Counted from the first letter of the stretch, positions 11,747 to 22,664 are shown. The stretch: 64,000 nt of DNA from Leptolyngbyaceae cyanobacterium (GCA_965263355.1 CBDHHL010000032.1:1504001-1568000); one strand, 5' to 3'. Notes: generated by a model from the sequence alone, not told the origin. Translations and numbers: made by a program.

Positions 11747-13114
11747 TGCGCTCTAATATGCTACGAACTGTCTTCACGCACCGAAGACAGATTGGTCTTT
11801 GGAGTGCTGCATTGTTAACCGCACTCATGGGTGTGATCAATCTGCTTTCAACAGATGCTCCAACCTTGCCTGAACGGGTTGTCTGGCTAAGGTCAGTTGT
11901 TTCCTTTGAGGTGCAAGCAGGCGGACGCATCTTTTCGGCTGTCAGTGGTTTTTTTCTATTGACGCTGGCAGCCAATCTATTGCATCGTAAACGCCTAGCC
12001 TGGTCTATCGTAACAGGATTGTTATTGATTTCAATCATCGGTCATCTGATTAAGGGAGTTGATTTTGAGGAAAGCATTGTTGCCATTATTCTGCTGGTTC
12101 AGCTCGTGCTTATGCGGACATGGTTTACGGCTCAAAGTGATCGTCCGTCCATAGCCCAGGGCATTCGTACCCTAGTGATTGCGTTACTGTTCACACTGGT
12201 TTACGGCACTTTGGGCTTTTTCTGGCGTGAGCGTCAGTATGTCCAAACATTTGATATTGGCAAAGCGTTGGTACAGACACTGGCCATGTTTTTTACAGCA
12301 GATAATGCCGGTCTGGAGCCTGTGACACCTGCTGGAAGATATTTCGCCCACTCTATCTATATTGTGGGTGCTGTTTCCATGGCCTACAGTTTGTGGATGC
12401 TGCTGCGGCCAGTGCTCTTTTGGGAGGCAGCTTCTGAGGAAGAACGTGCCAAAGCTCATGGTATAAGGCAAAGGCGGGAAAAATTTACGCACTTCTCTCA
12501 ACAAATTTACAAAACAAGGAACTCGAGTAGTTTTCTACACACCTCCCATTGCCGTTGATTTACTTCAAGATCTTCAAGAAATCAGTAATGAATGGCTTCA
12601 ACATATGAGCGGTTCAGAAAAACAGTTCTCTCTAGGTTGGTTTGATGATGATTATCTAGGCAGTTGTGAAATTGCCGTAGTAGAGACCACTACAGGGCAA
12701 CGTATTGCTTTTGCTAATCTGATTCCAGAATATCAGTTAAATGAAATTACTATTGATTTAATGCGCCATCGATTAGAGGTAGAGCGTGGTGTTATGGATT
12801 TTCTGTTTATATCTCTGTTCCAGCACTTTAAAGAGAAGGGGTACGCTAGCTTTAATCTGGGTTTAGCAGCTTTATCTGGTCTAAATAATAGACAAGAAAC
12901 AAATCGATTGGAAAAAGGGTTGAATTATCTGTATCAGCACCTGGAAAGATTCTATGGTTTTCAAGGACTTCATGCTTACAAGGAAAAGTATCATCCTCAT
13001 TGGGAGCCAAGATATCTGGTTTATCCTAAACTCATTGCTTTACCCGATGTTGTCGTTGCTCTGATTCGCGCAGACTCAGGCGACCATATCTTAGATTATT
13101 TTAGACCGGGATGA
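11746..13114 (+). pseudogene. mprF: MprF-like lysylphosphatidylglycerol synthase domain gene with internal deletion and frameshift
   Basis: N-terminal membrane part runs to AKAH (about 12460); another frame resumes with GKGGKNLRTSLNKFTK...EWLQHMSGSEKQFSLG, IDLMRH, FNLGLAAL, YGFQGLHAYKEKYHPHWEPRYLVY; the GDPIG-containing segment is absent. Confidence 0.8.
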
Positions 13115-13162
13115 TGGTTTACTCACCTGAGTGAAACCTCGTTAATTCTGAAGTAAGGGCAA

Positions 13163-13675
13163 ATGAGAATGACCTCATCAGTGACAAACAGTACGGTTGA
13201 TCCTATGGCTGGCCAGGCTCTGAGATTACGGCGAGATGTTACGCTACAGGTCTGTTACCAATTGGGGAATGGTCCCCCACTGGTGTTTCTCCATGGGGGA
13301 TTGGGCAATCGCTATAATTGGCGATCGCAGTATGAATTTTTTCTGACTCAGCATCGAGCGGTGCTTACTTACGACTTGGCTGGTCACGGTCAGTCGTCTG
13401 ACTATCAGCGCTATTCCATTGGTCGGCACTGCCGAGACCTGACACGGTTACTACATCGATTACATATTCATAAACCCGTGCTGTGCTGCCATAGCTACGG
13501 TGTACCCATTGGCCTAGAGTGGGCGCAGCGTCACCTGGCCAGTGGGCTGATTTTAATCGCCGGAGGCACCCATGATCTGGCACCCTGGTGGGAAGAATTC
13601 CCTCTGATTAAAGGACTTGCCTGGGGCGGCCGCAAGCTGTTTCACTGGCGTCCTTTTGCTGAGTCTCAGTGCTGA
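13163..13675 (+). pseudogene. Alpha/beta hydrolase, C-terminally truncated
   Basis: FLHGG, YDLAGHGQS and CHSYG nucleophile elbow present; ends at 170 aa, before the acid and His region. Confidence 0.65.
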
Positions 13676-13714
13676 TGTTCAAATGTAATCTCTTTCCTCA
13701 GACTACCTACAAAG

Positions 13715-13792
13715 TCATCCTTGCGGATGATGATAATCTTCTCTAATTTATCCGTAGGGTAGACTTCCCAAAAGCAGGTTTTTATTTAAATA
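13715..13792 (+). promoter_or_regulatory. Paired 6-4-6 palindromic boxes upstream of rimB-rimK
   Basis: TCATCC-ttgc-GGATGA (13715) and TTATCC-gtag-GGTAGA (13748), then 19 bp, then TATTTAAATA. Confidence 0.6.
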
Positions 13793-13854
13793 GTTGGTGA
13801 CATGCATTTCATCCCAAAGTTTCAAAACACTTTCATTAGAATGTAATCACCTAG

Positions 13855-14361
13855 ATGACAACAGTTGCTCAATCTACTGACCTCTCAAAAATTGGCTGGC
13901 GAGAGTGGATTTCTCTACCTGACTTAAGCCTGACTGGTATCAAAGTCAAGATTGATACAGGGGCACGATCATCAGCATTACATGCCTTCGATATCGAATT
14001 CTTTAAGCACAACAACCTGGATTTTGTTCGCTTTAAGGTTCACCCCTACCAGTTCAACGACACTGATACCGTCACCGCTGAAGCAGAGTTGTTAGATATC
14101 CGAAATGTTCGCAACTCTGGTGGACAGTCCCAATCCCGCCCCGTCATCAAAACCAATGTGATGCTGGGAGAACAACTATGGCCGATTGAATTAACCCTCA
14201 CCAATCGAGATGTAATGGGCTTTCGTATGCTCCTGGGCCGACAGGCTGTGCGCCGTCGCTTCCTGGTTGATTCAGGTCGATCCTACCTCCGCAGTTCTAA
14301 ACGAAATCGTAAGTTCAAAAAGTTGGAAACTCAGAATCATGAAAATTGCCATTCTATCTAG
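13855..14361 (+). CDS. RimK-associated retropepsin-like peptidase (RimB-like, 'ATP-dependent zinc protease' family)
   Basis: [36 protein letters not shown]. Confidence 0.88.
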   Translation: MTTVAQSTDLSKIGWREWISLPDLSLTGIKVKIDTGARSSALHAFDIEFFKHNNLDFVRFKVHPYQFNDTDTVTAEAELLDIRNVRNSGGQSQSRPVIKTNVMLGEQLWPIELTLTNRDVMGFRMLLGRQAVRRRFLVDSGRSYLRSSKRNRKFKKLETQNHENCHSI

Positions 14362-15244
14362 AGATGCTTCCCTTTACTCAACTCGTCGTCTAATGGAATC
14401 AAGTACAGAGCGCGGACACACTGTTCAGGTAATCGACTATCTTCGTTGTTATATGAACATCATGCCCCATCATCCCAAGGTCATCTATCAGGGGGCTCCT
14501 TTAGAAGGCTTTGATGCTGTTATTCCACGGATTGGCGCTTCCCATACATTTTATGGGACTGCGACCGTGCGTCAGTTTGAGATGATGGGTGTGTTTGTTG
14601 CCAATGAGTCCCAGGCCATTTCACGGTCACGCGACAAATTACGATGCTTACAGTTGCTATCCAAACGCGGCATAGGGCTACCGGTAACCGGATTTGCCCA
14701 CTCAACCAAAGACATTGAGGGGTTAATCAATATTGTGGGAGGGGCTCCACTGGTAATTAAGTTACTGGAAGGCACCCAGGGAATTGGTGTAGTGCTAACA
14801 GAAACAGATCAAGCTGCTAAGTCTGTGATTGAAGCTTTCCGAGGGCTAGATGCGAACATTTTGGTGCAAGAGTTTATTGCTGAAGCCAAGGGTGCAGACC
14901 TGAGATGTTTTGTGATTGGGGATAAAGTGGTTGCCTCCATGAAGCGCCAAGGAGCCCCTGGGGAATTTCGCTCTAATCTCCATCGTGGTGGCAATGCTGA
15001 AAAAATCAGACTCACCCCTGAAGAACGGAAGACTGCAGTCAGCGCAGCCAAAGCCATGGGTCTTAAAATTGCTGGGGTTGATTTACTCCGCTCAAATCAT
15101 GGCCCAGTGGTCATGGAAGTCAACTCTTCTCCAGGTCTGGAAGGTATCGAGAAAGCTACTGGCGTAGACGTTGCTGGCAAGATCATTGAATTTCTTGAAA
15201 AGAATGCGGCCCCTAATAAGACTCTCGACCGTATCAAATACTGA
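14339..15244 (+). CDS. rimK: 30S ribosomal protein S6--L-glutamate ligase (ATP-grasp)
   Basis: [44 protein letters not shown]. Confidence 0.95.
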   Translation: MKIAILSRDASLYSTRRLMESSTERGHTVQVIDYLRCYMNIMPHHPKVIYQGAPLEGFDAVIPRIGASHTFYGTATVRQFEMMGVFVANESQAISRSRDKLRCLQLLSKRGIGLPVTGFAHSTKDIEGLINIVGGAPLVIKLLEGTQGIGVVLTETDQAAKSVIEAFRGLDANILVQEFIAEAKGADLRCFVIGDKVVASMKRQGAPGEFRSNLHRGGNAEKIRLTPEERKTAVSAAKAMGLKIAGVDLLRSNHGPVVMEVNSSPGLEGIEKATGVDVAGKIIEFLEKNAAPNKTLDRIKY

Positions 15245-15255
15245 AGGCAGACATT

Positions 15256-15831
15256 ATGAATGACTCTCAGGTCAATTTTGAGATCAATGATCTTGTTGTT
15301 GCCCCCGGACAACGACAGCGCTTAGCTAACTTAGATGACGCCGAAACCCTTCGCTGTGCTCAAGCCTTTGGAACTCCTTTAATTATTCATGCAGCCACTC
15401 GCGATGGTTCCCTAAGACAGGCTGCCGCTCAGCGCGGGATTCCCACATTACTCTATGAAGCCGGTGAAGCTCTACGCTTTGATCAACAGGCAATACAGAC
15501 GGGTATAGCAGGCATTGTGCGGATGATGTCATCGTTAGATATGATTCCTGACGAGGTTCCACCGCCAGTATCTGCACCTGTGACTGTAACCCAGATAAAA
15601 TGGGTAAGAACACCTGCCAGCGGCATTTTGCACACGAATATTACCTTAGGGCAACAGGTCGGTAAGAAACAAATACTTGGGTTTGTGTCCGATGCCTTTG
15701 GTGAAAAAGCGACTAAAGTGACAGCTCCTGCTGATGGGATTGTTATTGGGTCAACCCAAAATCCTCTAGTCAACCAGGGAGATGCTATTTTCCATCTGGC
15801 CACCTGTTCTAACAAGGGTCTATGCCCCTAA
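15256..15831 (+). pseudogene. Succinylglutamate desuccinylase/aspartoacylase family gene with an in-frame internal deletion
   Basis: N-terminal VAPGQRQRL is fused directly to ANLDD...RDGSLR...LYEAGEALRFD; the HGDE Zn-binding and DLNRSFPG/DLH motifs are missing; junction at about 15324. Confidence 0.8.
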
Positions 15832-15882
15832 GCATCAGTCTTTAGAACTTTCAGAGTTTTTCAAAAAATATAGGAGGTTATC

Positions 15883-16119
15883 ATGATTCCTTTTCACTCA
15901 TCATATTTACCATCCTCTTCAGAAACTTGTGATCAAGTTCTGGAGCTGATTAACAACTGTGTACTGGGTTCAGAGAATTCTGTTTTAGTACTACAAAGTG
16001 TCTTGTCTTCTCAATCATTAATGGTTCTTGAACTTGAGTATGAAGAAGAGTACCTTGGCCCTATTGACACCCTTAGCATTAGTGAATTACTCGACAACGA
16101 AGCTATAACGTTTGAATAG
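15883..16119 (+). CDS. Small acidic hypothetical protein
   Basis: Strong TAGGAGGT RBS just upstream of the ATG; 78 aa. Confidence 0.55.
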   Translation: MIPFHSSYLPSSSETCDQVLELINNCVLGSENSVLVLQSVLSSQSLMVLELEYEEEYLGPIDTLSISELLDNEAITFE

Positions 16120-16236
16120 AAAGCCTTTTCAAACAATTCGACGTCCATGGATCGTTGGCTTGCTAAAGTTGTTTACATTGATTGAGCAGATTACTGATTC
16201 TGCTTAGTTACACTGCTGCTGTTTCCTGGCAATGCG

Positions 16237-17829
16237 ATGTTTCAGCAAAGGCTCCTTGACTTATCAACTCGTTATCTCAAAAAATGGTCTCATCAAAAGT
16301 TCAATGCATTTGCTAGGTTCCTATTCGTAGCGATGTTAATAGCAAGCTTGCTAACTTTACCCGTTGCGGGTAACGCCCAAGATACAACCAATATTAATGA
16401 GGCACCTGCTGCTGCAGAAACAACGTCTGCTCCAGCCTCAACGCCATCGCCCCCTTCGTCCATAATTCTCAGTTTGTTCCAGCAAACTCCCCAACTGCAA
16501 ACCAAATGGGTCCGTCTAAACGGGACACGGGTTTTCCAAATAGCTGGCTCTGATGCTGCCCTGTCAGAACGTCGTCAGTGGATTCAAAGCAATTTACAAA
16601 GGATCAGCCGTGCCTATGTGGCAGATCCAAACACCCCGCTGAAGGTTGAAATTTCGGAATCTAACCAGCAACCCGTCATCTATCTGAATAATCAATATTT
16701 ATTGACAGTCACTGATTTAGACGCTCAAATCTACGGGTTAGATACTCAATTAAGAGCAGAGCAACTCAAAGATACCCTAACCCAGAGTATGGAAAATGCT
16801 CGGATTCAGCATCAGCCCCCCTATCTCATTGCTCAAGCAAGGCTCCTGATAGTTGTTCTAATAGGATGCAGCCTTACCTCATTTCTTCTGTCTTGTTGGC
16901 AACATTGGGGCAAACGTCAGCCCGTCACCCTATTAGACCTCGATACAAATCCAGCAATCAAAAAACGCTCTCGATTACATCAAACTCGTGTTCGAGAAAT
17001 CAAAAGACTACTACTACAGCTAGGGCAATTTTTGCTTTGGATCGGTAGTGCTATCTTTGGGCTATCTAGATTTCCTCAAACCCGTAATCTGGCTGTTTAT
17101 ACTATCAGTTTACTCAAAGTACCTTTGGTACTGAGTTTGATCATCATTGGTAGTTATATACTTACGCGGTTAAGCCATATTTTGGTTGATCGTGTTAGTC
17201 TTGCGGCCAGTACTAACCCTCTAATGCCCACGGTAACAATAGATCGTGCTCAGCAACGCATTGGGACGCTTTCTCAGGTTATTAAAAGCCTGAGTTTTCT
17301 GGTGATTAGTCTTATGGGGCTAATTTCAGCCTTGCTACTTTTAGGAGTTAATGTTGGCCCTTACTTAGCAATTCCTAATGGTGAAATCAAAGCCGGTGTA
17401 GGAGATATTGTCCAAATCGGTGAATGGACAGGGCTTGTCGAAGCACTCAACTTACGGATAACTCAATTGCGTAGCTCAGAAGGTCAGCTTGTGAGCATTC
17501 CTAATGGTGAAATCAAAGCCGTTGCAAATCTATCCAGCCAGTGGTCCCGTGTGGATCTGAATATTCCAGTTCCCTACGACGCTAATTTGGAAGACATGAT
17601 GGAGTTGATTCGATCAACGGCTTTGGCCATGCAGGCAGATGAGCATTGGCAGGAGCTAATTCTAGAAACACCACAACTTATGGGAGTTGAAGATTTTAGT
17701 GCTCAAGGGCTCATTCTGAAACTGTGGATCAAAACTCAACCTTTGAAGCAATGGGATGTCGCTCGCGAATATCGAAAACGCTTAAAGATGGCCTTCGATT
17801 CAGCAGAAATCAAAATTTCAGCTTCATAG
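16237..17829 (+). CDS. MscS-family mechanosensitive channel, probably defective (TM3 region replaced)
   Basis: GDIVQIG...GLVEALNLRITQLR...IPNGEI...NLSSQWSR; the Gly-rich TM3 after NVGPYLA is replaced by IPNGEIKA. Confidence 0.8.
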   Translation: MFQQRLLDLSTRYLKKWSHQKFNAFARFLFVAMLIASLLTLPVAGNAQDTTNINEAPAAAETTSAPASTPSPPSSIILSLFQQTPQLQTKWVRLNGTRVFQIAGSDAALSERRQWIQSNLQRISRAYVADPNTPLKVEISESNQQPVIYLNNQYLLTVTDLDAQIYGLDTQLRAEQLKDTLTQSMENARIQHQPPYLIAQARLLIVVLIGCSLTSFLLSCWQHWGKRQPVTLLDLDTNPAIKKRSRLHQTRVREIKRLLLQLGQFLLWIGSAIFGLSRFPQTRNLAVYTISLLKVPLVLSLIIIGSYILTRLSHILVDRVSLAASTNPLMPTVTIDRAQQRIGTLSQVIKSLSFLVISLMGLISALLLLGVNVGPYLAIPNGEIKAGVGDIVQIGEWTGLVEALNLRITQLRSSEGQLVSIPNGEIKAVANLSSQWSRVDLNIPVPYDANLEDMMELIRSTALAMQADEHWQELILETPQLMGVEDFSAQGLILKLWIKTQPLKQWDVAREYRKRLKMAFDSAEIKISAS

Positions 17830-17846
17830 TTTGCTATGACGTTGCC

Positions 17847-17876
17847 TAAAAATCGTCCGCTCGGACGATTTTTTTA
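17847..17876 (+). terminator. Intrinsic terminator
   Basis: AAAAATCGTCC-GCTC-GGACGATTTTTTT. Confidence 0.75.
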
Positions 17877-17978
17877 GTTGTAGGAATAGTCACAGGACTG
17901 AGTGAAAAAGAGCAATCCTTGCGATGTAATAAAAGCAGTCAGGTCATTTCTGTAATACCCAGTTACGGAGGTAACGTC

Positions 17979-18218
17979 ATGAGCCAAGATCTCCAACAAA
18001 GCTTTCTCAAGCTCTATGGACGCTACTATGGGCCATTTACTCCCGGTCAACTAGCTTTCAATGCAAATTTACAAGACTTTGCTAGTGAAGTTGGCACGAT
18101 TTGCGCACTGCAAACAAATGGAAAGCTTTCTGCAGAAGACGCCTATCGAAAGATTCTTACTCTGTGGGAAGTCCTTAAAGAGAGTAAGGATAATTTGCTG
18201 GATAGCGAGTCTGAATAA
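17979..18218 (+). CDS. Conserved small cyanobacterial protein (DUF7219-like)
   Basis: RYYGPFTPGQLAFNANLQDFA...ICALQTNGKLSAEDAY...LW; GGAGG RBS. Confidence 0.75.
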   Translation: MSQDLQQSFLKLYGRYYGPFTPGQLAFNANLQDFASEVGTICALQTNGKLSAEDAYRKILTLWEVLKESKDNLLDSESE

Positions 18219-18259
18219 CAAGTAGTCGAAAATACTTGAGATACGATAGTGGTCTATTC

Positions 18260-19378
18260 TTATAAGAAGTTTCTAAACCAGCCTCGTCGCCAAAAAAAGT
18301 AGATGAGGCTGAGTGCGATCGCAACCATTACAAACCAGACCAATGGATACCCCCAGTACCAGTTCAATTCTGGCATATTTAGTGGTGATGTAGCTGAGTT
18401 GAAGTTCATCCCATAAATGCCCGCGATAAAGGTCAGGGGAATAAAAATGGTCGAAATCACTGTCAGTGTTTTCATTACTTCATTCATCCGATTGCTGACC
18501 ACCGATAAATGAATATCCATTAAACCCGCACAGGCATCTCGATAACTCTCAACAATATCGAGTAGTTGCACCGCATGGTCATAGCAGTCGCGCAAATAAA
18601 TCTCCAATTCGCGAGAAACAAAGTCGCTATGCTCCCGCGACAGAGTGGCTAATGTGTCCCGCTGCAGCCAAATAAAATGTCGTAGTGCCGACATTTCTCG
18701 TTTCAGTCGGTAAATATCTCGCAGTACCTGTTGATTGGGCTGGATCAGCACTTCATCCTCCAGGTCTTCTAATCGTTCACCATAGGCTTCCAGCACAGGG
18801 AAAAAACCATCCACAATGGCATCTAATAGTGCATAGGCAAGATAATCTGCTTTCATCTGCCGGATAGTCCCCTTATCCAACTGGATGCGTGAACGAATCG
18901 ACTCAAAACAATCAAACTCTGGCTCTTCTTGAACTGTTAGCAAATAATTGGGACCTAACACCAAACTAATCTGCTCACTTGCATAGCACTGTGTCCCAGT
19001 CATTAGGGTTACCATCTGGGTAATGATAACAAGCTGGTTACCATAGCGCTCCACTTTAGGACGCTGGGGCACATTGACCACATCTTCTAAAATCAGTGGA
19101 TGTAGTTGAAAGACCTCACCAACCTGCTGCAGCACGTCAAGATTACCCAAACCTTGAACATCAAGCCAGGAAATAGACTCCTGATCTAAATACGATTGAG
19201 CTTCATGGGGTGTGGAAATGAACGTTCGCATCGCTGTATCAGCATTGTAGTCAATTAGAATTAGCTTTGGGCTAGGTTGACTACTAGAAGTACTTAACGT
19301 ACCCGGTGCAGTACCTGGTAAATCGTAGAAGTAATCTAAACGGGTGTGGGATGTTTCTTGGCTAAGCGAGTCTTGCAT
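18260..19378 (-). CDS. corA: Magnesium/cobalt transporter CorA
   Basis: WLDVQGLG, QRPKVE, YLRDCYDH, FIPLTFIAGIYGMNF, MPELNW. Confidence 0.93.
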   Translation of the reverse strand: MQDSLSQETSHTRLDYFYDLPGTAPGTLSTSSSQPSPKLILIDYNADTAMRTFISTPHEAQSYLDQESISWLDVQGLGNLDVLQQVGEVFQLHPLILEDVVNVPQRPKVERYGNQLVIITQMVTLMTGTQCYASEQISLVLGPNYLLTVQEEPEFDCFESIRSRIQLDKGTIRQMKADYLAYALLDAIVDGFFPVLEAYGERLEDLEDEVLIQPNQQVLRDIYRLKREMSALRHFIWLQRDTLATLSREHSDFVSRELEIYLRDCYDHAVQLLDIVESYRDACAGLMDIHLSVVSNRMNEVMKTLTVISTIFIPLTFIAGIYGMNFNSATSPLNMPELNWYWGYPLVWFVMVAIALSLIYFFWRRGWFRNFL

Positions 19379-19442
19379 AAAAATTGGTCGGTTATAAAGA
19401 CATGATTGGCTCGTCATGACCAAGGCTTGTCAGGGAAATAAA

Positions 19443-19818
19443 CTACACCGTAGATATGGGTTCCATAGTTGAGACTGATAACCTACTAGCATAGCGGTGC
19501 GTTAATAATGGCCCTAACGTTGAGGTGACGAGCATAAGTACAATGATGCTGTTAAAAATAACCTCTGACAATAGTCCTACTTGATAGCCTACTAGGGCGG
19601 CTGCCAGAGTAGCTGCGACCTGTGGCAAGGAGAGAGACCACATCGTCAATGTCTCAGTTCGTTGTAACACCGGATAGGCCAACAGGGTGTGGGATGCTAA
19701 TAAAGAGCCAATTAAAATAGACGTATTCCAGTCCAGCCTAAGGAACAATCCCAAAGCTGTTCCCGTGATTAATGGAATTGCAAACGTCAAAATACCAAAG
19801 GTAAGAGAGCGTCGCGAG
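19443..19818 (-). pseudogene. Cation:proton antiporter (CPA2) remnant, 5'-truncated with a large internal deletion
   Basis: GSLLASHTLLAYPVLQR is joined directly to the late segment TMWSLSLPQVAATLAA; junction at about 19659. Confidence 0.75.
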
Positions 19819-19863
19819 TTCTGCGAAAGGCCAGCATGTCGATTTAAAGACCGGCAACAAACA

Positions 19864-20146
19864 TCAGATTGAACATCGGTTGTTTCCTCATGTGTCTCGG
19901 GTCTGTGAAGGGGTCTTCTTTGACTCTATCGAAATGGTGAGTGACTTCATGGCTAAAGCCACGACTCAGACAGCCCTCAAGGTGGTCACAACTATCATTG
20001 ATGCTGTGTACGAGACCGGCAGAAAAGCGACCAAGGCATTTCTAGGGCAAATGCCTATCATTTTCGACGAGTTTCTGCCTCAATGGAACTATGTCGCTCG
20101 TCCTCAACAACTCTAAATCAGGACCTTATTTAATCCTCGTTCCTAA
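19864..20146 (+). mobile_element. ISAzo13-family transposase 3' fragment with probable element end
   Basis: IEHRLFPHVSRVCEGV...VYETGRK...FDEFLPQWNY; followed by TTATTTAATCCTCGTTCCTAA. Confidence 0.75.
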
Positions 20147-20199
20147 GAGTAAACCAACTAACCCTGGAAGTCGAAGGCGTTCCACTATGGGTGGCACAG

Positions 20200-20496
20200 T
20201 TAAACTTGCCAGTCCAGCAACGCAGAGACCATCGCCACCACCATCAGCATCACCAGCATGATGTTGGTAAACTGATCCCTGAAGATGGCCCACTGACTAC
20301 GACCTGCCTTTTCCTGGAGTTCATTTAGACCAAACCGTTGGCCCCTTATCGCAGCTTGTTCTGCTGTTAAGCCATGGTCTAGACTGACGCTTTGTTGCGA
20401 CAATGCCGACGCCTGGTTTAGAACGTGATACGAAATCTCCGCTGACTCAGGACTGTCAGACTTTTGAGTTACCTGATGAGCCCATGAAATCATCAT
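20200..20496 (-). pseudogene. N-terminal fragment of a cation-transporting P-type ATPase
   Basis: [17 protein letters not shown]...[13 protein letters not shown] (Cation_ATPase_N pattern); stops after TM1. Confidence 0.8.
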
Positions 20497-20603
20497 ATTT
20501 ATTCTCCTTCAAGAAATATCCCGCACCTGGATATAGGTACGGGAAGCTCGTAGGCATAGACTTTGAAATAACTTGGGGGATGCCTGGAAAGGCAATCACG
20601 GAA

Positions 20604-20810
20604 TTAGGCCACTTGATTTATCCCTGCTGCTCGACTCCCGACTAATTGCAACTGAGATAGGTGGGTACTTATGAATGTATGGGCTTGCGATCGCATCACA
20701 TCTCTAAAGTTAGGCATCTCTGCTCGACATTGAATGCAGAACCAATAGATGCCACCACGTCGAATATGCTGTAACAGGGACGCTGAGCAACAAGGGCAAC
20801 CATTCATCAC
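20604..20810 (-). CDS. Small Cys-rich (Zn-ribbon-like) cyanobacterial protein
   Basis: CPCC...LLQHIR..GIYWFCxxCxxEMP; GAGGTAGG RBS. Confidence 0.7.
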   Translation of the reverse strand: MMNGCPCCSASLLQHIRRGGIYWFCIQCRAEMPNFRDVMRSQAHTFISTHLSQLQLVGSRAAGINQVA

Positions 20811-20844
20811 TGACCTACCTCATAAATCGGTATAGCCCTATTTC

Positions 20845-20915
20845 AATGTAGATAATTAGAATTAACCTCTACCCTGAGGATACAGCTATGTTGCTCACAT
20901 CATCCGAATGGATGA
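20845..20915 (-). promoter_or_regulatory. Paired 6-4-6 boxes and a -10-like element upstream of the small Cys-rich gene
   Basis: TCATCC-gaat-GGATGA (20900) and TCTACC-ctga-GGATAC (20868); TACATT lies 17 bp beyond on the minus strand. Confidence 0.6.
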
Positions 20916-21170
20916 TATCCATCAAACACACATTTCGCTCACATTCATTTGTTAGAGCTTGCAAGGTACCAAAACATAATATTTCCTTGTGGTTCCCCCA
21001 CAGCTCTAACTAGATCGGGGCATGTTTGAACGTTACCGAGACATCCAGCTTTTGGCTAGCCTGACAACAGTCACTAAACGCTACCCATAAAAGAGCAAAG
21101 CAGCTGTCATGGGAGTGTAAAGCTATTCCAATAAGTAGAGGAGATTTTCAGTCGTTGGCAAGGGCTTATA

Positions 21171-21647
21171 TCAAGCCGACAACAAAGCCGAAAGCTCCAA
21201 TTCAATCACATACTTTCCTTGCATTCTTGCCAGATAAACCTCATGAAGAGATTGTTTACTTCCCCCAATGCGAATCAAGACATCGATCATGTCAAGAAAA
21301 GTAGCACTTTCATCCCCCCAATTAATACCAACGATGATGCGCTCATCGACAGGAAAACAAGGATATTCAAATGCTCTAATACAAGCAATCCCCACCGTCT
21401 TCCAGCCCCGTTGAACTGCCTCCATGTGGGCAAGTGCGGGAACACCTTTATGCATCAGTCCAGACACAACCTCAACATTAGCTGTTTGACTAAGAGAGTC
21501 AAACGCCTGTCGAAGCAACGATAAAGCGGATGTTTGATTAAAACAGTGGTCTGAATAACCTACAACACCAACGCGTAACGTATCAGCTATAGTACAACCT
21601 TCATGAAGGAGTGCAGCATTGATATCAATCTGAGTCCAAAGTTCCAT
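21171..21647 (-). CDS. SLOG-superfamily (DprA/LOG-like) nucleotide-binding protein
   Basis: VGVVGYS, VVSGL..GV, GWKTVGI, DVLIRIGG..QSLHEV..AR..GK.V. Confidence 0.65.
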   Translation of the reverse strand: MELWTQIDINAALLHEGCTIADTLRVGVVGYSDHCFNQTSALSLLRQAFDSLSQTANVEVVSGLMHKGVPALAHMEAVQRGWKTVGIACIRAFEYPCFPVDERIIVGINWGDESATFLDMIDVLIRIGGSKQSLHEVYLARMQGKYVIELELSALLSA

Positions 21648-21719
21648 TTGACCTCTTTGTGAAGAGTAAGGGTAAATTACAAGCTAAGCATAAACACTCA
21701 AAAATCTTAGAAATGGCTC

Positions 21720-22070
21720 TTAAAACTCATCCAGGTCATCTGTTAAGCAGTCAATGCTTAGTGGCACCAACTCATAATCTGTTGTCAACGCTAACCACAT
21801 TTCCTCTTCAGGTTCAATAATGTCACCTGTTAAAGCACAGCGCTCAAGACGTTGAGCCTCCGCCGCCATAATTGCTCTAATTTGCTGACGCTGTATTTGG
21901 AAACCAGGATCATCCGAATGCTGATGCACGTAATCCCAAAGCACGTCTCGGACGAGTGACTGATATCCACGATTACCCGCTAGAGTTTTTAGCTTATCGA
22001 TCAGCTCCCGCTCAAAACGGATACTAGTAACCTGCATATCAGTCGTTGATAATTTAGCCGTTAGACTCAT
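21720..22070 (-). CDS. Ribbon-helix-helix (CopG-like) DNA-binding protein
   Basis: MQVTSIRFERELIDKLK..AGNRGYQSLVRDVLW, CALTG. Confidence 0.75.
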   Translation of the reverse strand: MSLTAKLSTTDMQVTSIRFERELIDKLKTLAGNRGYQSLVRDVLWDYVHQHSDDPGFQIQRQQIRAIMAAEAQRLERCALTGDIIEPEEEMWLALTTDYELVPLSIDCLTDDLDEF

Positions 22071-22274
22071 AATGCTCCTAAAATTTTTCGTTGGTATTGA
22101 CATTGTTAAATTTCAAAATATCTATTCAATTGAATAAGGTTTCGTACTGGTTTGTCTACCTTATAGCTAGTGCTTTTAGTGAATAGGCTAGATGATTGAA
22201 TCCTTTTGCATATGCTTTATCGGTCAAGTTATCCAGCCATGTCCACTTTTCGATTCCAGTAGAAACTAAACTTA

Positions 22275-22556
22275 TCACTTCTTTTTCTGATTGCCTTTAG
22301 AAGATTCCCCTTGCTTACGAGGTTTTGCCTTATTGATTTTTATATTTCGTCCCATTAACTCACAATCATTCATAGCCTCTATAGCTGCGGTTTCTTCTGC
22401 GTCGGTTTCCATTTCTACAAACGCAAATCCACGCAGCCGACCTGTTTCTTTGTCTGTGGGTAAATAAACGCTTTCGACTGTACCGTATTCCTCAAAAAGT
22501 TGAGTCAGGTCATCCTGTGTAACTTCATTGGTTAAATTGCCAATATAAATCGACAT
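22275..22556 (-). CDS. RRM RNA-binding protein (Rbp family), without a Gly-rich tail
   Basis: MSIYIGNL (RNP2), RGFAFVEM (RNP1), INKAKPR. Confidence 0.92.
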   Translation of the reverse strand: MSIYIGNLTNEVTQDDLTQLFEEYGTVESVYLPTDKETGRLRGFAFVEMETDAEETAAIEAMNDCELMGRNIKINKAKPRKQGESSKGNQKKK

Positions 22557-22664
22557 AGAAAAAGTCTCCAAGACCAAAAGTGTTGAGGGTAAACCATAGT
22601 TTTTTGATTTTGAGAGATGATCAAAAAAATCATTTTGATCATCTTCTCATCCGCCAGGAACAGA

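Noticed and set aside
17853..17868. TCGTCC-N4-GGACGA as another regulon box
   Set aside because: Flanked by A and T runs just after a stop codon, so better explained as a terminator
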